Position numbers and translations under genes: made by a program
The notes under the pieces: generated by a model
Seen by the model: the letters and a program-made list of their open reading frames with translations, nothing else
Databases searched by the model: none
What the model was told of the DNA's origin: nothing
Assembly: GCA_031384605.1 (NCBI GenBank)
Contig: JANNAT010000142.1
Location: 6,367-70,366 of the forward strand
DNA length: 64,000 nt
Source: Cypionkella sp.
Lineage (GTDB): Bacteria > Pseudomonadota > Alphaproteobacteria > Rhodobacterales > Rhodobacteraceae
Direction of reading: 5' to 3'
Shown: positions 16,126 through 26,045 of the stretch, one piece after another
Numbering within the stretch: the first letter of the stretch is position 1
How the letters are laid out: each line of letters opens with the position of its first letter

Positions 16126-17235
16126 CTATTCGCCGAATGTTGCGGCAAGGGCCGCGATTGCGTGTTCTGCGGCAAGCCGTGTTTCCGCCATTTCCTGCCA
16201 CGGTGCAAGGGCCGCCACCGCCTCTGGTGGCAGGGCCTGCAACTCTGTCAGTGCTGTGGCCAAGTCGCCGGTGCTCACGGCCACCTCGGCGCGCGATAAA
16301 ACTGCGTCAGGATCGCTGCCTTCGCGGGGTTCCAGAGATCGCGCGCCGGTTTGACTGCGCAAAAAGCTTGCCGCCCGCTCTGACCAGCTTTCCCCCATAT
16401 TGGCCCGCAACGCCGCGTCCAATGCCAGCCGGGCCGCAGGCGGAAATGCTGTTTCAAGGTCGGACAATGTGGGCAGGCCACCATCGGCATGATCCATCAA
16501 AACTGCGGGAACAGAGCCTGTTTGCGTCGCCAATTCGGCCAAAGTGGGCGCATAACCGGCCCCCGTATCGAAAGCCGTCCGAAGTTGCCCAAGGGCGGCC
16601 AGCCGACGCACGGACTTTGCCAATTCATCGGCGTTCTTTGTCGTTTCCGCAGCAATTGTCTGGACTTCTTTCAACTGCGCTTCGGTTTCCGCTGCCGCCC
16701 CTTGGGTGTTTTGTGCCGCGACGGCCTGACGCAAGCCCTGCATGTCTGCTTGCAGCGCCGCGACGGCGGCGGCTGTGGCACCTGACCCATCCGCCGGCAG
16801 TTTTTCAATCGCCAACAGCCGGGATTCAAGCGCCGAAATTCGATCTTCAAGCGGCATTGGATCAAAGCCTTGCTTGCCTTCCAATACCGTCAAACGGTCT
16901 AAAACAACAGGATCCGTCGCGGTTGTTTTTGGCGCAATGGCCATTTGATCGCTCAAAGCGTTAATTTGCACGGCTTGCGCCGCGACTTGGGTTGAAAGCG
17001 TCTTGGTCGCCGCCGAAGGCCAGCCATTTGGCACAACTTGCGCCAATGCAAACCCTGCAATTGCAGCGACAATCCCGCCAAAAACCGCACCACCAAAAGC
17101 GTTGCTTTTGGGTTTTGGGCGGGCGGGCAAAATTTCGGGTGCGGGTTCGGGTGCTTTGGCTTCAATCACCTCGGCATTGATTGGCTCATCGGTCGGTTCT
17201 TTGGCGTCTGTTTGCATCATCATCGGCCTTTTCAA
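16126..17235 (-). CDS. mitofilin-family (alpha-proteobacterial Mic60-like, COG4223) membrane protein
   Basis: 369 aa. One TM segment (FGGAVFGGIVAAIAGFALAQVV), an Ala/Gln-rich coiled-coil body and a C-terminal VSTGDLATALTELQALPPEAVAALAPWQEMAETRLAAEHAIAAL mitofilin-like end. Located in the hemD/hemY neighbourhood. Confidence 0.7.
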   Translation of the reverse strand: MKRPMMMQTDAKEPTDEPINAEVIEAKAPEPAPEILPARPKPKSNAFGGAVFGGIVAAIAGFALAQVVPNGWPSAATKTLSTQVAAQAVQINALSDQMAIAPKTTATDPVVLDRLTVLEGKQGFDPMPLEDRISALESRLLAIEKLPADGSGATAAAVAALQADMQGLRQAVAAQNTQGAAAETEAQLKEVQTIAAETTKNADELAKSVRRLAALGQLRTAFDTGAGYAPTLAELATQTGSVPAVLMDHADGGLPTLSDLETAFPPAARLALDAALRANMGESWSERAASFLRSQTGARSLEPREGSDPDAVLSRAEVAVSTGDLATALTELQALPPEAVAALAPWQEMAETRLAAEHAIAALAATFGE

Positions 17236-17292
17236 ATGCCAAGCCGTCAGGCCTGCGTCAGCCCTCAGACTAAAGCGTTGCAGAGCAATGTT

Positions 17293-18033
17293 TCAAGGCG
17301 CAGCAAGCGACGACACCAGTCCCCGCACCGCCAAAATCATCGCGTTGCTGTCGGGGTGGTGGGCCGTTCCAAGGCCAGCAAGCGTTTTTGGATCAAAGGC
17401 CGCGGCAATTGCCGGGCTAAGGGCGGCAACCCAAAGGGGGGCCGTTGCCGAAATCCGGGTGATTTCTGCCTGAACAAGTCCTGCCGACCGCGCGGAAAAA
17501 ACCGGCAGGATCACGGGTTGATTGCCTTGCAACAAGTCAATCGCGCCGGGGTTCAGAGGTGCGCCTTTCTGCTGATATACTATCAGCGAAACAGTCTCTA
17601 TTCGCGCCGAAAGCAGATTTTTCGCGATGTCCGCGCTGCTGTCGCGACCGCGTAAGAAAAGCAGCCGTCCAGTTGGTTGATCGGCTTTGATCATCGCCAA
17701 CAGATCTGCCGCATCGCCTTGGGCTGACAAGGCTTGAAAGCCCAAGACAGTGGCTGCGGCGGCCGTTCGATTGCCAACACAATATGCCAGAGCTGGCAGT
17801 TTTGCCCCTGTGGCGGAAATCCGCTTTGCCGCCTCGACAGCCGCCACCGATACCAAAATGACAGCGCTGAAATTATCGGGTGGAATCGGCGGGTTCAGGT
17901 AGTCCGGCACCATAAGCGGCGAGATGATGATGGGAACATCAGGCAATGCCTGCTGAAGTTCGCTGGCAAAGCGTAAGCTTTGCGCCGCTGGTCGCGTCAG
18001 CAAGATCGTCATATCGCGGGATTGTTTGACCAT
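17293..18033 (-). CDS. hemD: uroporphyrinogen-III synthase
   Basis: 246 aa. The [10 protein letters not shown] start and two-lobed HemD-like sequence fit, as does the context with the HemY-like gene. Alternative start at 18012. Confidence 0.7.
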   Translation of the reverse strand: MVKQSRDMTILLTRPAAQSLRFASELQQALPDVPIIISPLMVPDYLNPPIPPDNFSAVILVSVAAVEAAKRISATGAKLPALAYCVGNRTAAAATVLGFQALSAQGDAADLLAMIKADQPTGRLLFLRGRDSSADIAKNLLSARIETVSLIVYQQKGAPLNPGAIDLLQGNQPVILPVFSARSAGLVQAEITRISATAPLWVAALSPAIAAAFDPKTLAGLGTAHHPDSNAMILAVRGLVSSLAAP

Positions 18034-18078
18034 GCCCTTGGTGTTACCTGCAGTTTAACCTTCAATCAACGGCAGACC

Positions 18079-19176
18079 ATGGCAGATACGCTGACCTTTC
18101 TTGGCATTGAGTCAAGCTGTGATGATACCGCTGCGGCAGTGATCAGGCATTCCGTTGGGCAGGATCCGACGATTTTATCGTCGATTGTCGACGGGCAGAC
18201 AGATCTGCATGCCGCGTTTGGCGGCGTTGTGCCGGAAATCGCGGCGCGCGCGCATGTGGAACGGTTGGATCATTGTGTTGAGCGGGCTTTGACACAGGCG
18301 CGGGTTTCGCTGTCCGATCTGGATGGCATTGCGGTAACGGCGGGGCCGGGGCTGATCGGCGGGGTTTTGTCCGGGGTTATGCTGGCAAAAGGGCTGGCCA
18401 CGGGTTTGGGAATCCCTTTGGTTGGGGTGAACCATCTGGCGGGGCATGCCCTGACGCCGCGCCTGACAGACGCGGTGGCGTTTCCGTATCTGATGCTGTT
18501 GGTATCGGGTGGGCATTGCCAGTTTTTGATCGCGCAAGGCCCGCAGACGTTTCGCAGGTTGGGCGGCACGATTGATGATGCGCCCGGCGAGGCGTTTGAC
18601 AAGACGGCCAAACTGTTGGGGCTGCCGCAGCCGGGCGGGCCTGCCGTGCAGGCCGAGGCCGCGTTTGGCGATGCGAAAAGATTTGTATTTCCAAGGCCGC
18701 TGCTGGATCGCCCCGGCTGCGATATGTCTTTTTCAGGGTTGAAGACCGCGTTGTTGCGCGCGCGCGATGCGATCATTGCTGAAAAATCCGGCCTGACTGT
18801 GCAGGATCGCCGCGATCTATGCGCCGGTTTTCAACGGGCTGTGGCCGAGGTGCTGGCCGAAAAAACCCGACGGGCTATTGCGATCTATCTGGAGGAAAAC
18901 CCAAAGGTTGCCGCGTTCGCGGTGGCGGGCGGGGTGGCCGCGAATACTGAGGTTCGGGCGGTGTTAGAAACTGTTTGTGCAGACGCTGGCGTTCAGTTTT
19001 TTGCCCCGCCGTTACAATTATGCACAGACAACGCGGCGATGATTGGCTGGGCCGGGATTGAACGGTTTCGGGCAGGCGGGCGCGATGACATGACATTGGC
19101 TGCGCGCCCGCGTTGGCCATTGGACCCAACCGCAGCCCCGATGATCGGGTCTGGCAAGAAGGGGGCAAAAGCATGA
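18079..19176 (+). CDS. tsaD: tRNA N6-adenosine threonylcarbamoyltransferase
   Basis: Start moved to ATG 18079 ([21 protein letters not shown]). The HLAGH metal-binding motif is present. Confidence 0.92.
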   Translation: MADTLTFLGIESSCDDTAAAVIRHSVGQDPTILSSIVDGQTDLHAAFGGVVPEIAARAHVERLDHCVERALTQARVSLSDLDGIAVTAGPGLIGGVLSGVMLAKGLATGLGIPLVGVNHLAGHALTPRLTDAVAFPYLMLLVSGGHCQFLIAQGPQTFRRLGGTIDDAPGEAFDKTAKLLGLPQPGGPAVQAEAAFGDAKRFVFPRPLLDRPGCDMSFSGLKTALLRARDAIIAEKSGLTVQDRRDLCAGFQRAVAEVLAEKTRRAIAIYLEENPKVAAFAVAGGVAANTEVRAVLETVCADAGVQFFAPPLQLCTDNAAMIGWAGIERFRAGGRDDMTLAARPRWPLDPTAAPMIGSGKKGAKA

Positions 19177-20132
19177 TCGGCGTATTGGGTGCGGGGGCAT
19201 TTGGCACGGCGCTGGCAGTGGTGCATGGGCTTTACGACCGGCCAGCGGTGCTTTGGGGCCGGGATGCTGCCGCAATGTATCAGACGGCGCGCACCCGGTT
19301 GACCAACCGATTGCCGGGTGTCGACATTCCTTTGGCCGTGAGCGTTACCGCTGATCTGGACGCGCTGCACGATTGCGACGTTCTGGTTTTGGCGATGCCG
19401 ATGCAAGCCTTGCGCGGGTTTGTGGCCGAACACGCCGCATTTCTGAATGGTCGGGTGTTGGTGGCCTGCTGCAAGGGCGTTGATCTGAAAACCTTGCAGG
19501 GGCCGACGGCCATTATCCGTGCCGCCTGCCCTGATGCGGTGCCGATGATTTTGACCGGGCCTAGCTTTGCCGCCGATATTGCGCGCAGGCTGTCAACGGC
19601 CTTAACGCTGGCCTGTGCCGATGATGCGGCGGCGGTGGTTGCCCAAAAATCCTTGTCCGTCCCATCGCTGCGGCTTTACCGCAACACCGATGTTATCGGG
19701 GCCGAATTGGGTGGGGCGTTGAAGAACGTAATTGCCATCGCGTGCGGGGCCTGCATTGGGATCGGTATGGGCGAAAGCGCCCGCGCCGCCCTGATGACGC
19801 GCGGATTTGCTGAAATGCAGCGGTTTGCGGTTCGGTTGGGGGCGCGGACGGAAACGCTGATGGGGCTGTCGGGGTTTGGCGATCTGGTGCTGACCTGCAC
19901 GTCAGAACAGTCGCGAAACTATCGGTTCGGTTTGTCCCTAGGGCGCGACGATGATTTTGACAAGGCCATCACGGTTGAAGGTGTCGCCACGGCGAAGGCA
20001 GTGGCTCAACTGGCAAAATCACTTGGCGTAGAGATGCCCATAACAACGGTGCTGGTGGAATTGTTTGATGGAACCTCTAGCGTTGCCGAAGCTATTCAAA
20101 ATCTTTTGTCCCGACCCTTAAAACAGGAATAG
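19173..20132 (+). CDS. gpsA: NAD(P)H-dependent glycerol-3-phosphate dehydrogenase
   Basis: ATG 19173 overlaps the tsaD stop (ATGA). [15 protein letters not shown] Rossmann motif and [12 protein letters not shown] motif. Confidence 0.9.
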   Translation: MIGVLGAGAFGTALAVVHGLYDRPAVLWGRDAAAMYQTARTRLTNRLPGVDIPLAVSVTADLDALHDCDVLVLAMPMQALRGFVAEHAAFLNGRVLVACCKGVDLKTLQGPTAIIRAACPDAVPMILTGPSFAADIARRLSTALTLACADDAAAVVAQKSLSVPSLRLYRNTDVIGAELGGALKNVIAIACGACIGIGMGESARAALMTRGFAEMQRFAVRLGARTETLMGLSGFGDLVLTCTSEQSRNYRFGLSLGRDDDFDKAITVEGVATAKAVAQLAKSLGVEMPITTVLVELFDGTSSVAEAIQNLLSRPLKQE

Positions 20133-20135
20133 AAC

Positions 20136-20408
20136 ATGCGTTTTGCTTTGATTTGTATTGATAAACTGGCCGCTCTTCAAATTAGGCTGGATAATCGCGC
20201 CGCGCACCTGGCGCATATTCAGGCCACGGGTGTGGTTGAATCGGCGGGGCCGTTTCTGGATGGCGACGGGCAGATGACCGGCAGTTTGATCGTTTTGTCG
20301 GTGGAAAGTCTTGATGCTGCCAAGGATTGGTCTGCTGCCGATCCCTATGCGCGGGCAGGATTGTTTGCATCTGTTGATATCCGCGAATGGAAGAAAGTCG
20401 TCGGATGA
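20136..20408 (+). CDS. YciI family protein
   Basis: 90 aa. RAAHLAHI...GPF...DPY signature of the YciI-like fold. Confidence 0.75.
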   Translation: MRFALICIDKLAALQIRLDNRAAHLAHIQATGVVESAGPFLDGDGQMTGSLIVLSVESLDAAKDWSAADPYARAGLFASVDIREWKKVVG

Positions 20409-20824
20409 AATACTGGCTGTTCAAATCCGAACCTGACACCTGGGGTTGGCCCGATCAGGCGGCCCGCGGTGCGGCGGGCGAGGAATGGCACGGCGTTCGC
20501 AACTATCAGGCCCGCAACAACATGCGCGCGATGCAACTGGGCGATCTGGGGTTTTTCTATCATTCCAACATCGGCAAAGCGGTGGTTGGCATCGTTGAGG
20601 TGTGCCGGTTGTCAGCGCCGGACAGCACCACCGATGATCCTCGCTGGGATTGTGTGATGATCAGAGCCGTCAGACCATTTGCGCGCGCCGTCACTTTGGA
20701 TGCCTGCAAAGTTCAACCCGGATTGGAAAACATGGTTCTTATCAACAATTCAAGATTGTCGGTGCAACCCGTGACTGCTGACGAATGGCAGATTGTTTGC
20801 GCGATGGGTGCCACGCAGGCGTGA
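20405..20824 (+). CDS. EVE domain-containing protein
   Basis: ATG 20405 overlaps the YciI-family stop (ATGA). MKYWLFKSEPDTWGW...HGVRNYQARNNMRAMQLGDLGFFYHSN is the EVE/PUA-like signature. Confidence 0.85.
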   Translation: MKYWLFKSEPDTWGWPDQAARGAAGEEWHGVRNYQARNNMRAMQLGDLGFFYHSNIGKAVVGIVEVCRLSAPDSTTDDPRWDCVMIRAVRPFARAVTLDACKVQPGLENMVLINNSRLSVQPVTADEWQIVCAMGATQA

Positions 20825-20875
20825 TTTTTCCTCGTTCCAACTGTTTTTCAACCCATACTGGTAAAAAACCATGAA

Positions 20876-21283
20876 ATGGAGGGACAAATGGAAATTCTGA
20901 ATGTTTTGGCTGCGGCTGTTGGTGCCTATGCGTTTTCGGCCGTTTGGTACATCGTGCTTTCAAAGCAATGGGTGGCCGCCACCGGGATGCCAATTGATCA
21001 AAATGGCAAACCGACAGGGAACGGCAGCCCAATGCCGTATGCGATCGGCCTAATTGCGATGATCTTTGTGGCGGGCATGATGCGCCATATCTTTCAGATG
21101 GGCGCCATTGATACGCTTGGTAAAGGGATTGGCGCGGGTTTTGGGATAGGCGCGTTTATCATCACGCCTTGGATGGTGATGAACTATACGTTCGGGATGC
21201 GTAAACCAATGCTGATGCTGATTGATGGGGTGAATTCGGTTGTCGGCTGCACCATCATGGGTTTAATTCTACAGCTGTTTTGA
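20876..21283 (+). CDS. DUF1761 family membrane protein
   Basis: 135 aa with four hydrophobic segments. AAVGAYAFSAVWY... is a typical DUF1761 start. Confidence 0.65.
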   Translation: MEGQMEILNVLAAAVGAYAFSAVWYIVLSKQWVAATGMPIDQNGKPTGNGSPMPYAIGLIAMIFVAGMMRHIFQMGAIDTLGKGIGAGFGIGAFIITPWMVMNYTFGMRKPMLMLIDGVNSVVGCTIMGLILQLF

Positions 21284-21289
21284 AAAAAT

Positions 21290-21319
21290 GGAGGGTCCTG
21301 CACCCCTACGGGACCCTCC
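21290..21319 (+). terminator. GC-rich hairpin after the DUF1761 gene
   Basis: GGAGGGTCC - 12-nt loop - GGACCCTCC, starting 7 nt after the stop codon. No clear T-tract. Confidence 0.4.
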
Positions 21320-21481
21320 ACTACCCCACGCGCTCCCCTAGCACCGCACGTGTTCTGAAAAGGTCCCAGACGTCCTGCCCTGTTCATTGGGTATAGCCCG
21401 AATCTGGCCCCCATAGCAAAGCCCAAGCGCCAACAGTTTGATGCAATAGTTTGTTCTTTTGGCAAGGGCCCGTAAAGCATA

Positions 21482-21510
21482 ACGCCCGACCTATTCAGGT
21501 GCGGGCGTTT
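21482..21510. terminator. hairpin with flanking T/A runs, possible terminator for the DUF2853 gene
   Basis: ACGCCCG - 13-nt loop - CGGGCGT followed by TTT on the plus strand. On the minus strand it lies about 110 nt downstream of the 21621 stop. Confidence 0.35.
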
Positions 21511-21620
21511 GCAACCTTTAGATCGGTCTTAAAGCACTTTGCGTTTATCATGAATCCCAATTCAGCCCAAGAACTGGCTGACTTGGGATGTTGGTTGCGC
21601 CAGATAAAACGCAAAATTCG

Positions 21621-21962
21621 TTAGTTATAGACGGCTTCTTTGCCGAAATGCTTGGTCAGCATGTAATAGACCACCGCGCGATGCTTGTTCCGCTCACCCC
21701 GGCCATAGGTGTCGATCACCGCATTGATAGCCTCCATCAGCTTGGGGCTGTCCGCCAGACCCAGCTTTTTCATCAGGAAGTTCTTTTTCACGGTTTCAAG
21801 TTCCGATTCGTCGGACCCGGCAACGGTGGAGGAATCCGCATTATAAATCGCCGGGCCGCAGCCGATTGTGACTTTGGTCAACAGCGCCATATCGGGGTTC
21901 ATCTTGCACTTGGTCGTAAGATCGTCGGCGTATTTAGCGATAAGATCGTCGCGCTTGCTCAT
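21621..21962 (-). CDS. DUF2853 family protein
   Basis: 113 aa. MSKRDDLIAKYADDLTTKCKMNPDMALLTKVTIGCGPAIYNADSSTV matches the conserved DUF2853 N-terminus as I recall it. Confidence 0.75.
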   Translation of the reverse strand: MSKRDDLIAKYADDLTTKCKMNPDMALLTKVTIGCGPAIYNADSSTVAGSDESELETVKKNFLMKKLGLADSPKLMEAINAVIDTYGRGERNKHRAVVYYMLTKHFGKEAVYN

Positions 21963-22090
21963 TCGTTATTTCCCTTTTCCCTGTCGAAAACAAAACTTCA
22001 TCAGTGGTTCTTTGGCTTGATTGTCGCCGAAGCTTAGGCGATTGCGCAAAGGCGTCAAAGGGAATTGTAACGCCGCATTCCCCCTTGGGC

Positions 22091-22123
22091 CACAAATGCA
22101 AAAGGCCCGGAAGATCCGGGCCT
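22091..22123 (-). terminator. rho-independent terminator of ahcY
   Basis: 8-bp stem AGGCCCGG / CCGGGCCT (22103-22123) with a 5-nt loop, followed on the minus strand by TTTGCATTTG. It lies about 120 nt after the ahcY stop. Confidence 0.55.
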
Positions 22124-22245
22124 CTGCGCCAAAATTGATACCCTTAGAGCGGGATGGATTTACATTGAATCAGAAATCGCTGCCTCTCGCATGCGCTCGA
22201 ACGCGTTTTCCGATATCAGATGTTTCCATGAAAACCCAACCCGCT

Positions 22246-23634
22246 TTAGTAGCGGTAATGTTCTGACTTGAACGGGCCTTCTACGGCAACGCCGATGTAA
22301 TCGGCCTGATCCTTGCGCAGTTCGGTCAGCTTTACGCCAATTTTCTTCAAATGCAGACGGGCAACTTTTTCGTCCAGCGCCTTTGGCAGAATATAGACGC
22401 CGGGCTGATAGTCGTCGCCCTTGGTCCACAGTTCAATCTGCGCCAGAACCTGATTGGTGAACGATGCTGACATCACGAACGACGGGTGGCCAGTGGCATT
22501 GCCAAGGTTCAACAGGCGGCCTTCGGACAACAGGATAATACGATTGCCATTTGGCATTTCGATCATATCGACCTGATCTTTGATGTTGGTCCACTTGTGG
22601 TTCTTCAGCGCCGCCACTTGGATTTCATTGTCGAAGTGGCCAATATTGCCAACAATCGCCATGTCTTTCATTTCGCGGATATGTTCCAGACGGATCACAT
22701 CTTTATTTCCGGTGGTGGTGATGAAGATATCAGCGGCGGAAACCACGTCTTCCAGCAACACCACTTCAAACCCGTCCATCGCGGCCTGAAGCGCGCAGAT
22801 CGGATCGACTTCAGTCACCTTCACGCGGGCACCAGCCCCTTGCAAAGACGCAGCCGAGCCTTTGCCAACATCGCCATAACCGCAAACCACAGCAACTTTG
22901 CCCGCCATCATCGTATCGGTTGCGCGGCGGATGCCGTCGACCAGCGATTCCTTGCAGCCGTATTTGTTGTCAAACTTCGATTTGGTGACAGAGTCGTTAA
23001 CGTTGATCGCGGGGAAAGGCAGTTGGCCTTTTTTGTGCAGATCATAAAGCCGGTGCACGCCGGTCGTGGTTTCCTCGGACACGCCCTTGATCGCGGCGCG
23101 GGTCTTGGCAAACCAGCCGGGGCTTTGTGCGATACGTTTCTTGATCTGAATCTTGATCACTTCTTCTTCTTCTGACTGCGGCACGGCAAGAACGTCTTCG
23201 CCCGCCTCCATCCGTGCGCCCAGCAACACATAAAGTGTGGCGTCGCCGCCATCATCAAGGATCATGTTTGCGCCTTCGGGGAACATGAACGAGCGGTCAA
23301 GGTAATCCCAATGTTCGGTCAGGGTCTGACCCTTGACGGCGAAAACAGGGGTGCCGCTTGCGGCAATGGCCGCCGCCGCGTGATCTTGGGTTGAGAAGAT
23401 ATTGCACGACGCCCAGCGCACATCGGCACCAAGGGCGGTCAGCGTTTCGATCAACGCGGCGGTTTGAATCGTCATGTGCAGTGATCCGACAATCCGCGCG
23501 CCGGCAAGCGGTTTGCTGGTGCCAAATTCTTCACGACACGCCATCAGGCCGGGCATTTCGGTTTCCGCGATAACCAGTTCCTTGCGGCCAAATTCGGCCA
23601 GCGCGATGTCTTTTACGATGTAATCCTTCGGCAT
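22246..23634 (-). CDS. ahcY: adenosylhomocysteinase
   Basis: Start moved to ATG 23634 (AAGGAG RBS), giving [32 protein letters not shown]. The NAD-binding motif [10 protein letters not shown] is present. Confidence 0.95.
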   Translation of the reverse strand: MPKDYIVKDIALAEFGRKELVIAETEMPGLMACREEFGTSKPLAGARIVGSLHMTIQTAALIETLTALGADVRWASCNIFSTQDHAAAAIAASGTPVFAVKGQTLTEHWDYLDRSFMFPEGANMILDDGGDATLYVLLGARMEAGEDVLAVPQSEEEEVIKIQIKKRIAQSPGWFAKTRAAIKGVSEETTTGVHRLYDLHKKGQLPFPAINVNDSVTKSKFDNKYGCKESLVDGIRRATDTMMAGKVAVVCGYGDVGKGSAASLQGAGARVKVTEVDPICALQAAMDGFEVVLLEDVVSAADIFITTTGNKDVIRLEHIREMKDMAIVGNIGHFDNEIQVAALKNHKWTNIKDQVDMIEMPNGNRIILLSEGRLLNLGNATGHPSFVMSASFTNQVLAQIELWTKGDDYQPGVYILPKALDEKVARLHLKKIGVKLTELRKDQADYIGVAVEGPFKSEHYRY

Positions 23635-23740
23635 TTGCCGCACTCCTTGATCCTGTGGTTGTGGGGCAGATAGCACTAGTTGTTGCACTCGACAACTGAT
23701 CGCGCGAATGGCAAGAAAAGAAGGCATTTTTGGGGGCCAA

Positions 23741-24328
23741 ATGAAACAACCACGCGCGTGGCAACGCATGCTTTCGGGACGCAGATTAGACCTGCTGGAC
23801 CCGACGCCTTTGGATATTGAGATCGAAGATATCGCGCATGGGCTGGCGTTTGTGGCGCGCTGGAATGGCCAGACGCGGGGCGATTGGCCCTATTCGGTGG
23901 CAGAGCATTCGTTATTGGTTGAGCAGATATTTGCGCGGCTGGGTGATCCGCCAGCGAAATGGTGTTTGGCGGCATTGCTACATGATGCGCCCGAATATGT
24001 CATCGGGGATATGATCAGCCCGGTGAAAGCCGCCGTTGGACCGGGATATGGAGAGTTGGATCTGCGGCTGACCGCTGCCGTGCATTTGCGGTTTGGATTG
24101 CCGGCGGTTTTGCCGGTTGGCGTCAAGAAAGCGATCAAGGTTGCTGATAAGGTTTCGGCGTGGCTGGAGGCTGTGCAGATTGCGGGGTTTACCGAACCAG
24201 AGGCTGATAAACTGTTCGGGCGGCCTGCAACGGCCGTTCTGCGCGGATTGGAAATAAAACTGCGCCCGCCCGCAATTGTGCGGGCGGCCTACATTGCACA
24301 GCACACAAACTTGCTGGCGCAGCTTTAA
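23741..24328 (+). CDS. HD-domain phosphohydrolase
   Basis: Start set at MKQPRAW (23741). SVAEHS...[12 protein letters not shown] carries the H..HD..D metal ligands. Confidence 0.7.
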   Translation: MKQPRAWQRMLSGRRLDLLDPTPLDIEIEDIAHGLAFVARWNGQTRGDWPYSVAEHSLLVEQIFARLGDPPAKWCLAALLHDAPEYVIGDMISPVKAAVGPGYGELDLRLTAAVHLRFGLPAVLPVGVKKAIKVADKVSAWLEAVQIAGFTEPEADKLFGRPATAVLRGLEIKLRPPAIVRAAYIAQHTNLLAQL

Positions 24329-24330
24329 GT

Positions 24331-24645
24331 TCAGATCGCCATCTGTTCGGGCTTTTTACCCGAAGCCAGTGCTGCCACAAACCAACGTGGTTTGCGCCCA
24401 CGGCCAGACCAGGTTTCAACTGCGTCAGATGGATTTGCGTATTTGGCAACCGCTGGCGAACGTTTGCGCACTGCGGCAGATCCCGTAAGTTCAGCCAGAG
24501 TAAATCCCATTTCGCGAGCTTTATCTTCCAGCTCTGCAAGGGCTTGCTTTCTTTTACGATCCCCAAAACCAGAAATCGCTTTGGCAACTTGCGACTGAAG
24601 GTCTTTTAACTCTTTAAGCGACATTACACCAAGATTGACAGTCAT
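24331..24645 (-). CDS. hvrA: H-NS family nucleoid-associated protein (HvrA-like)
   Basis: 104 aa. N-terminal coiled coil (SLKELKDLQSQVAKAI) and a C-terminal TWSGRGRKPRW H-NS DNA-binding motif. Lies directly downstream of regA, as in Rhodobacter capsulatus. Confidence 0.7.
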   Translation of the reverse strand: MTVNLGVMSLKELKDLQSQVAKAISGFGDRKRKQALAELEDKAREMGFTLAELTGSAAVRKRSPAVAKYANPSDAVETWSGRGRKPRWFVAALASGKKPEQMAI

Positions 24646-24715
24646 AAAGCTTCCCCATCTGGAATTTGATAATTCCTTTTAGGATAAGAAAATACGCAAT
24701 GCAATAAACTCTGGT

Positions 24716-25270
24716 CTACTTTGGGCTGCGTTTTGCCAAAATACGCTGTAAAGTGCGCCGGTGCATTGACAGCCGACGTGCCGTTTCTGATACATTCCGC
24801 TCACACATTTCATAGACCCGCTGAATATGTTCCCACCGGACGCGGTCGGCAGACATCGGGTTTTCGGGCGGCAATGGCAGCGCATCATTTTTGGATAGCA
24901 GTGCGTTTGTAACATCATTTGCATCGGCGGGCTTGGATAGATAATCGCTTGCGCCAATCTTTACCGCGGCCACTGCTGTTGCAATTGCGCCGTATCCCGT
25001 TAACACAACAATCCGACAATCGGGGCGCCGCTCTCGCAGAACCTCGACGACATCCAACCCATTGCCATCTTCCAGCCGCAGATCAACAACCGCATAGGCG
25101 GGGGGGCGCGCGATGGCAATGGCACGGCCAGCCGCAACACTTCCCGCCGTTTCAGGAATAAAGCCGCGCTTTTCCATGGCCTTGGCAAGTCTTTTTACAA
25201 ATGTTTCGTCATCGTCAACCAAAAGCAGGCTGCGGTCCGGGCCGATTTCTGCGCCAAGGTCGTCTGCCAT
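24716..25270 (-). CDS. regA: redox-responsive two-component response regulator RegA/PrrA/ActR
   Basis: Start moved to ATG 25270 (AGAGGGA RBS), giving MADDLGAEIGPDRSLLLVDDDETF. Receiver Asp (VVDLRL) and the invariant C-terminal HTH NVSETARRLSMHRRTLQRIL. Confidence 0.92.
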   Translation of the reverse strand: MADDLGAEIGPDRSLLLVDDDETFVKRLAKAMEKRGFIPETAGSVAAGRAIAIARPPAYAVVDLRLEDGNGLDVVEVLRERRPDCRIVVLTGYGAIATAVAAVKIGASDYLSKPADANDVTNALLSKNDALPLPPENPMSADRVRWEHIQRVYEMCERNVSETARRLSMHRRTLQRILAKRSPK

Positions 25271-25338
25271 TTCATCCCTCTTTTCCATAATCTTATTGCG
25301 CATCTAGGCCGCTATGGCCTTTTGGTCAAATCTTGACG

Positions 25339-25953
25339 TTACGTTTTAGAAATTATGCAAGCTGCGTGTTTGGCGATCGTATCAGCGGTTTCATCGCGGT
25401 TATAGAAATCAACAAACCCCAGGTTTGGCAGCATCAGGTAAGTGAAGGTCATATGATCCATCAAATAATACTGATCTGTTGAAGCCTGTTTTTTATAGTA
25501 GTTCTTGTAAGAATCGGATGCCGCCTTGACCTGTTCCACCGTGCCGGTAAGACCAATCATTCGCGGGTGCAAATTATCCGTGAATTCCGCCAAAACCTGC
25601 GGCGTATCGCGTTCAGGATCAATAGTGATAAAGACAGGCGTTACTTCAAGGCCTTGCTCTTCCAGAATATCAACCGCCTCGGCATTGCGCGTGGCATCAA
25701 GGGGGCAGACGTCGGGGCAGAATGTATAGCCAAAGTAAACCAGCGTCGGCTTGGTGATAATATCGGCATCGGTCACGGTTTTGCCGGTCTCGTCCACCAG
25801 CGTAAAGGGGCCGCCTATCGCACCACCCGCTGTCTGCCCATTGCGGCAATCGGCAAACGGATCACTGGCGCTTTGATATTGCACAAAGGCGTACGTGCCG
25901 CCCAAAAAGGCCAGCACTATTGCCAAGGCCACACCGGCGTATAGTTTTGACAT
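25339..25953 (-). CDS. senC: SCO1/SenC family copper chaperone
   Basis: Start moved to ATG 25953 (GGAGAG RBS). One TM segment, then the FGYTFCPDVCP CxxxC motif. Lies upstream of regA. Confidence 0.88.
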   Translation of the reverse strand: MSKLYAGVALAIVLAFLGGTYAFVQYQSASDPFADCRNGQTAGGAIGGPFTLVDETGKTVTDADIITKPTLVYFGYTFCPDVCPLDATRNAEAVDILEEQGLEVTPVFITIDPERDTPQVLAEFTDNLHPRMIGLTGTVEQVKAASDSYKNYYKKQASTDQYYLMDHMTFTYLMLPNLGFVDFYNRDETADTIAKHAACIISKT

Positions 25954-26045
25954 GATCGACTCTCCGATTGTTGCGCATTGATCCGCCAAGATGGTGCACA
26001 TATCAATCACAAACCGAACGAAAGCGCTGTTACCTATGCCCGCAG

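Noticed and set aside
16017-16964. 315-aa plus-strand ORF
   Set aside because: Antisense to the Mic60-like gene. The translation is Pro/Arg/Ser-rich low complexity.
23635-23740. SAH riboswitch in the ahcY leader
   Set aside because: I read the 5' leader on the minus strand. I found only a small inverted repeat (AGTTGT-N8-ACAACT, 23677-23696) and none of the conserved SAH-riboswitch segments I remember. The leader is also short, at about 100 nt shared with the divergent HD gene.
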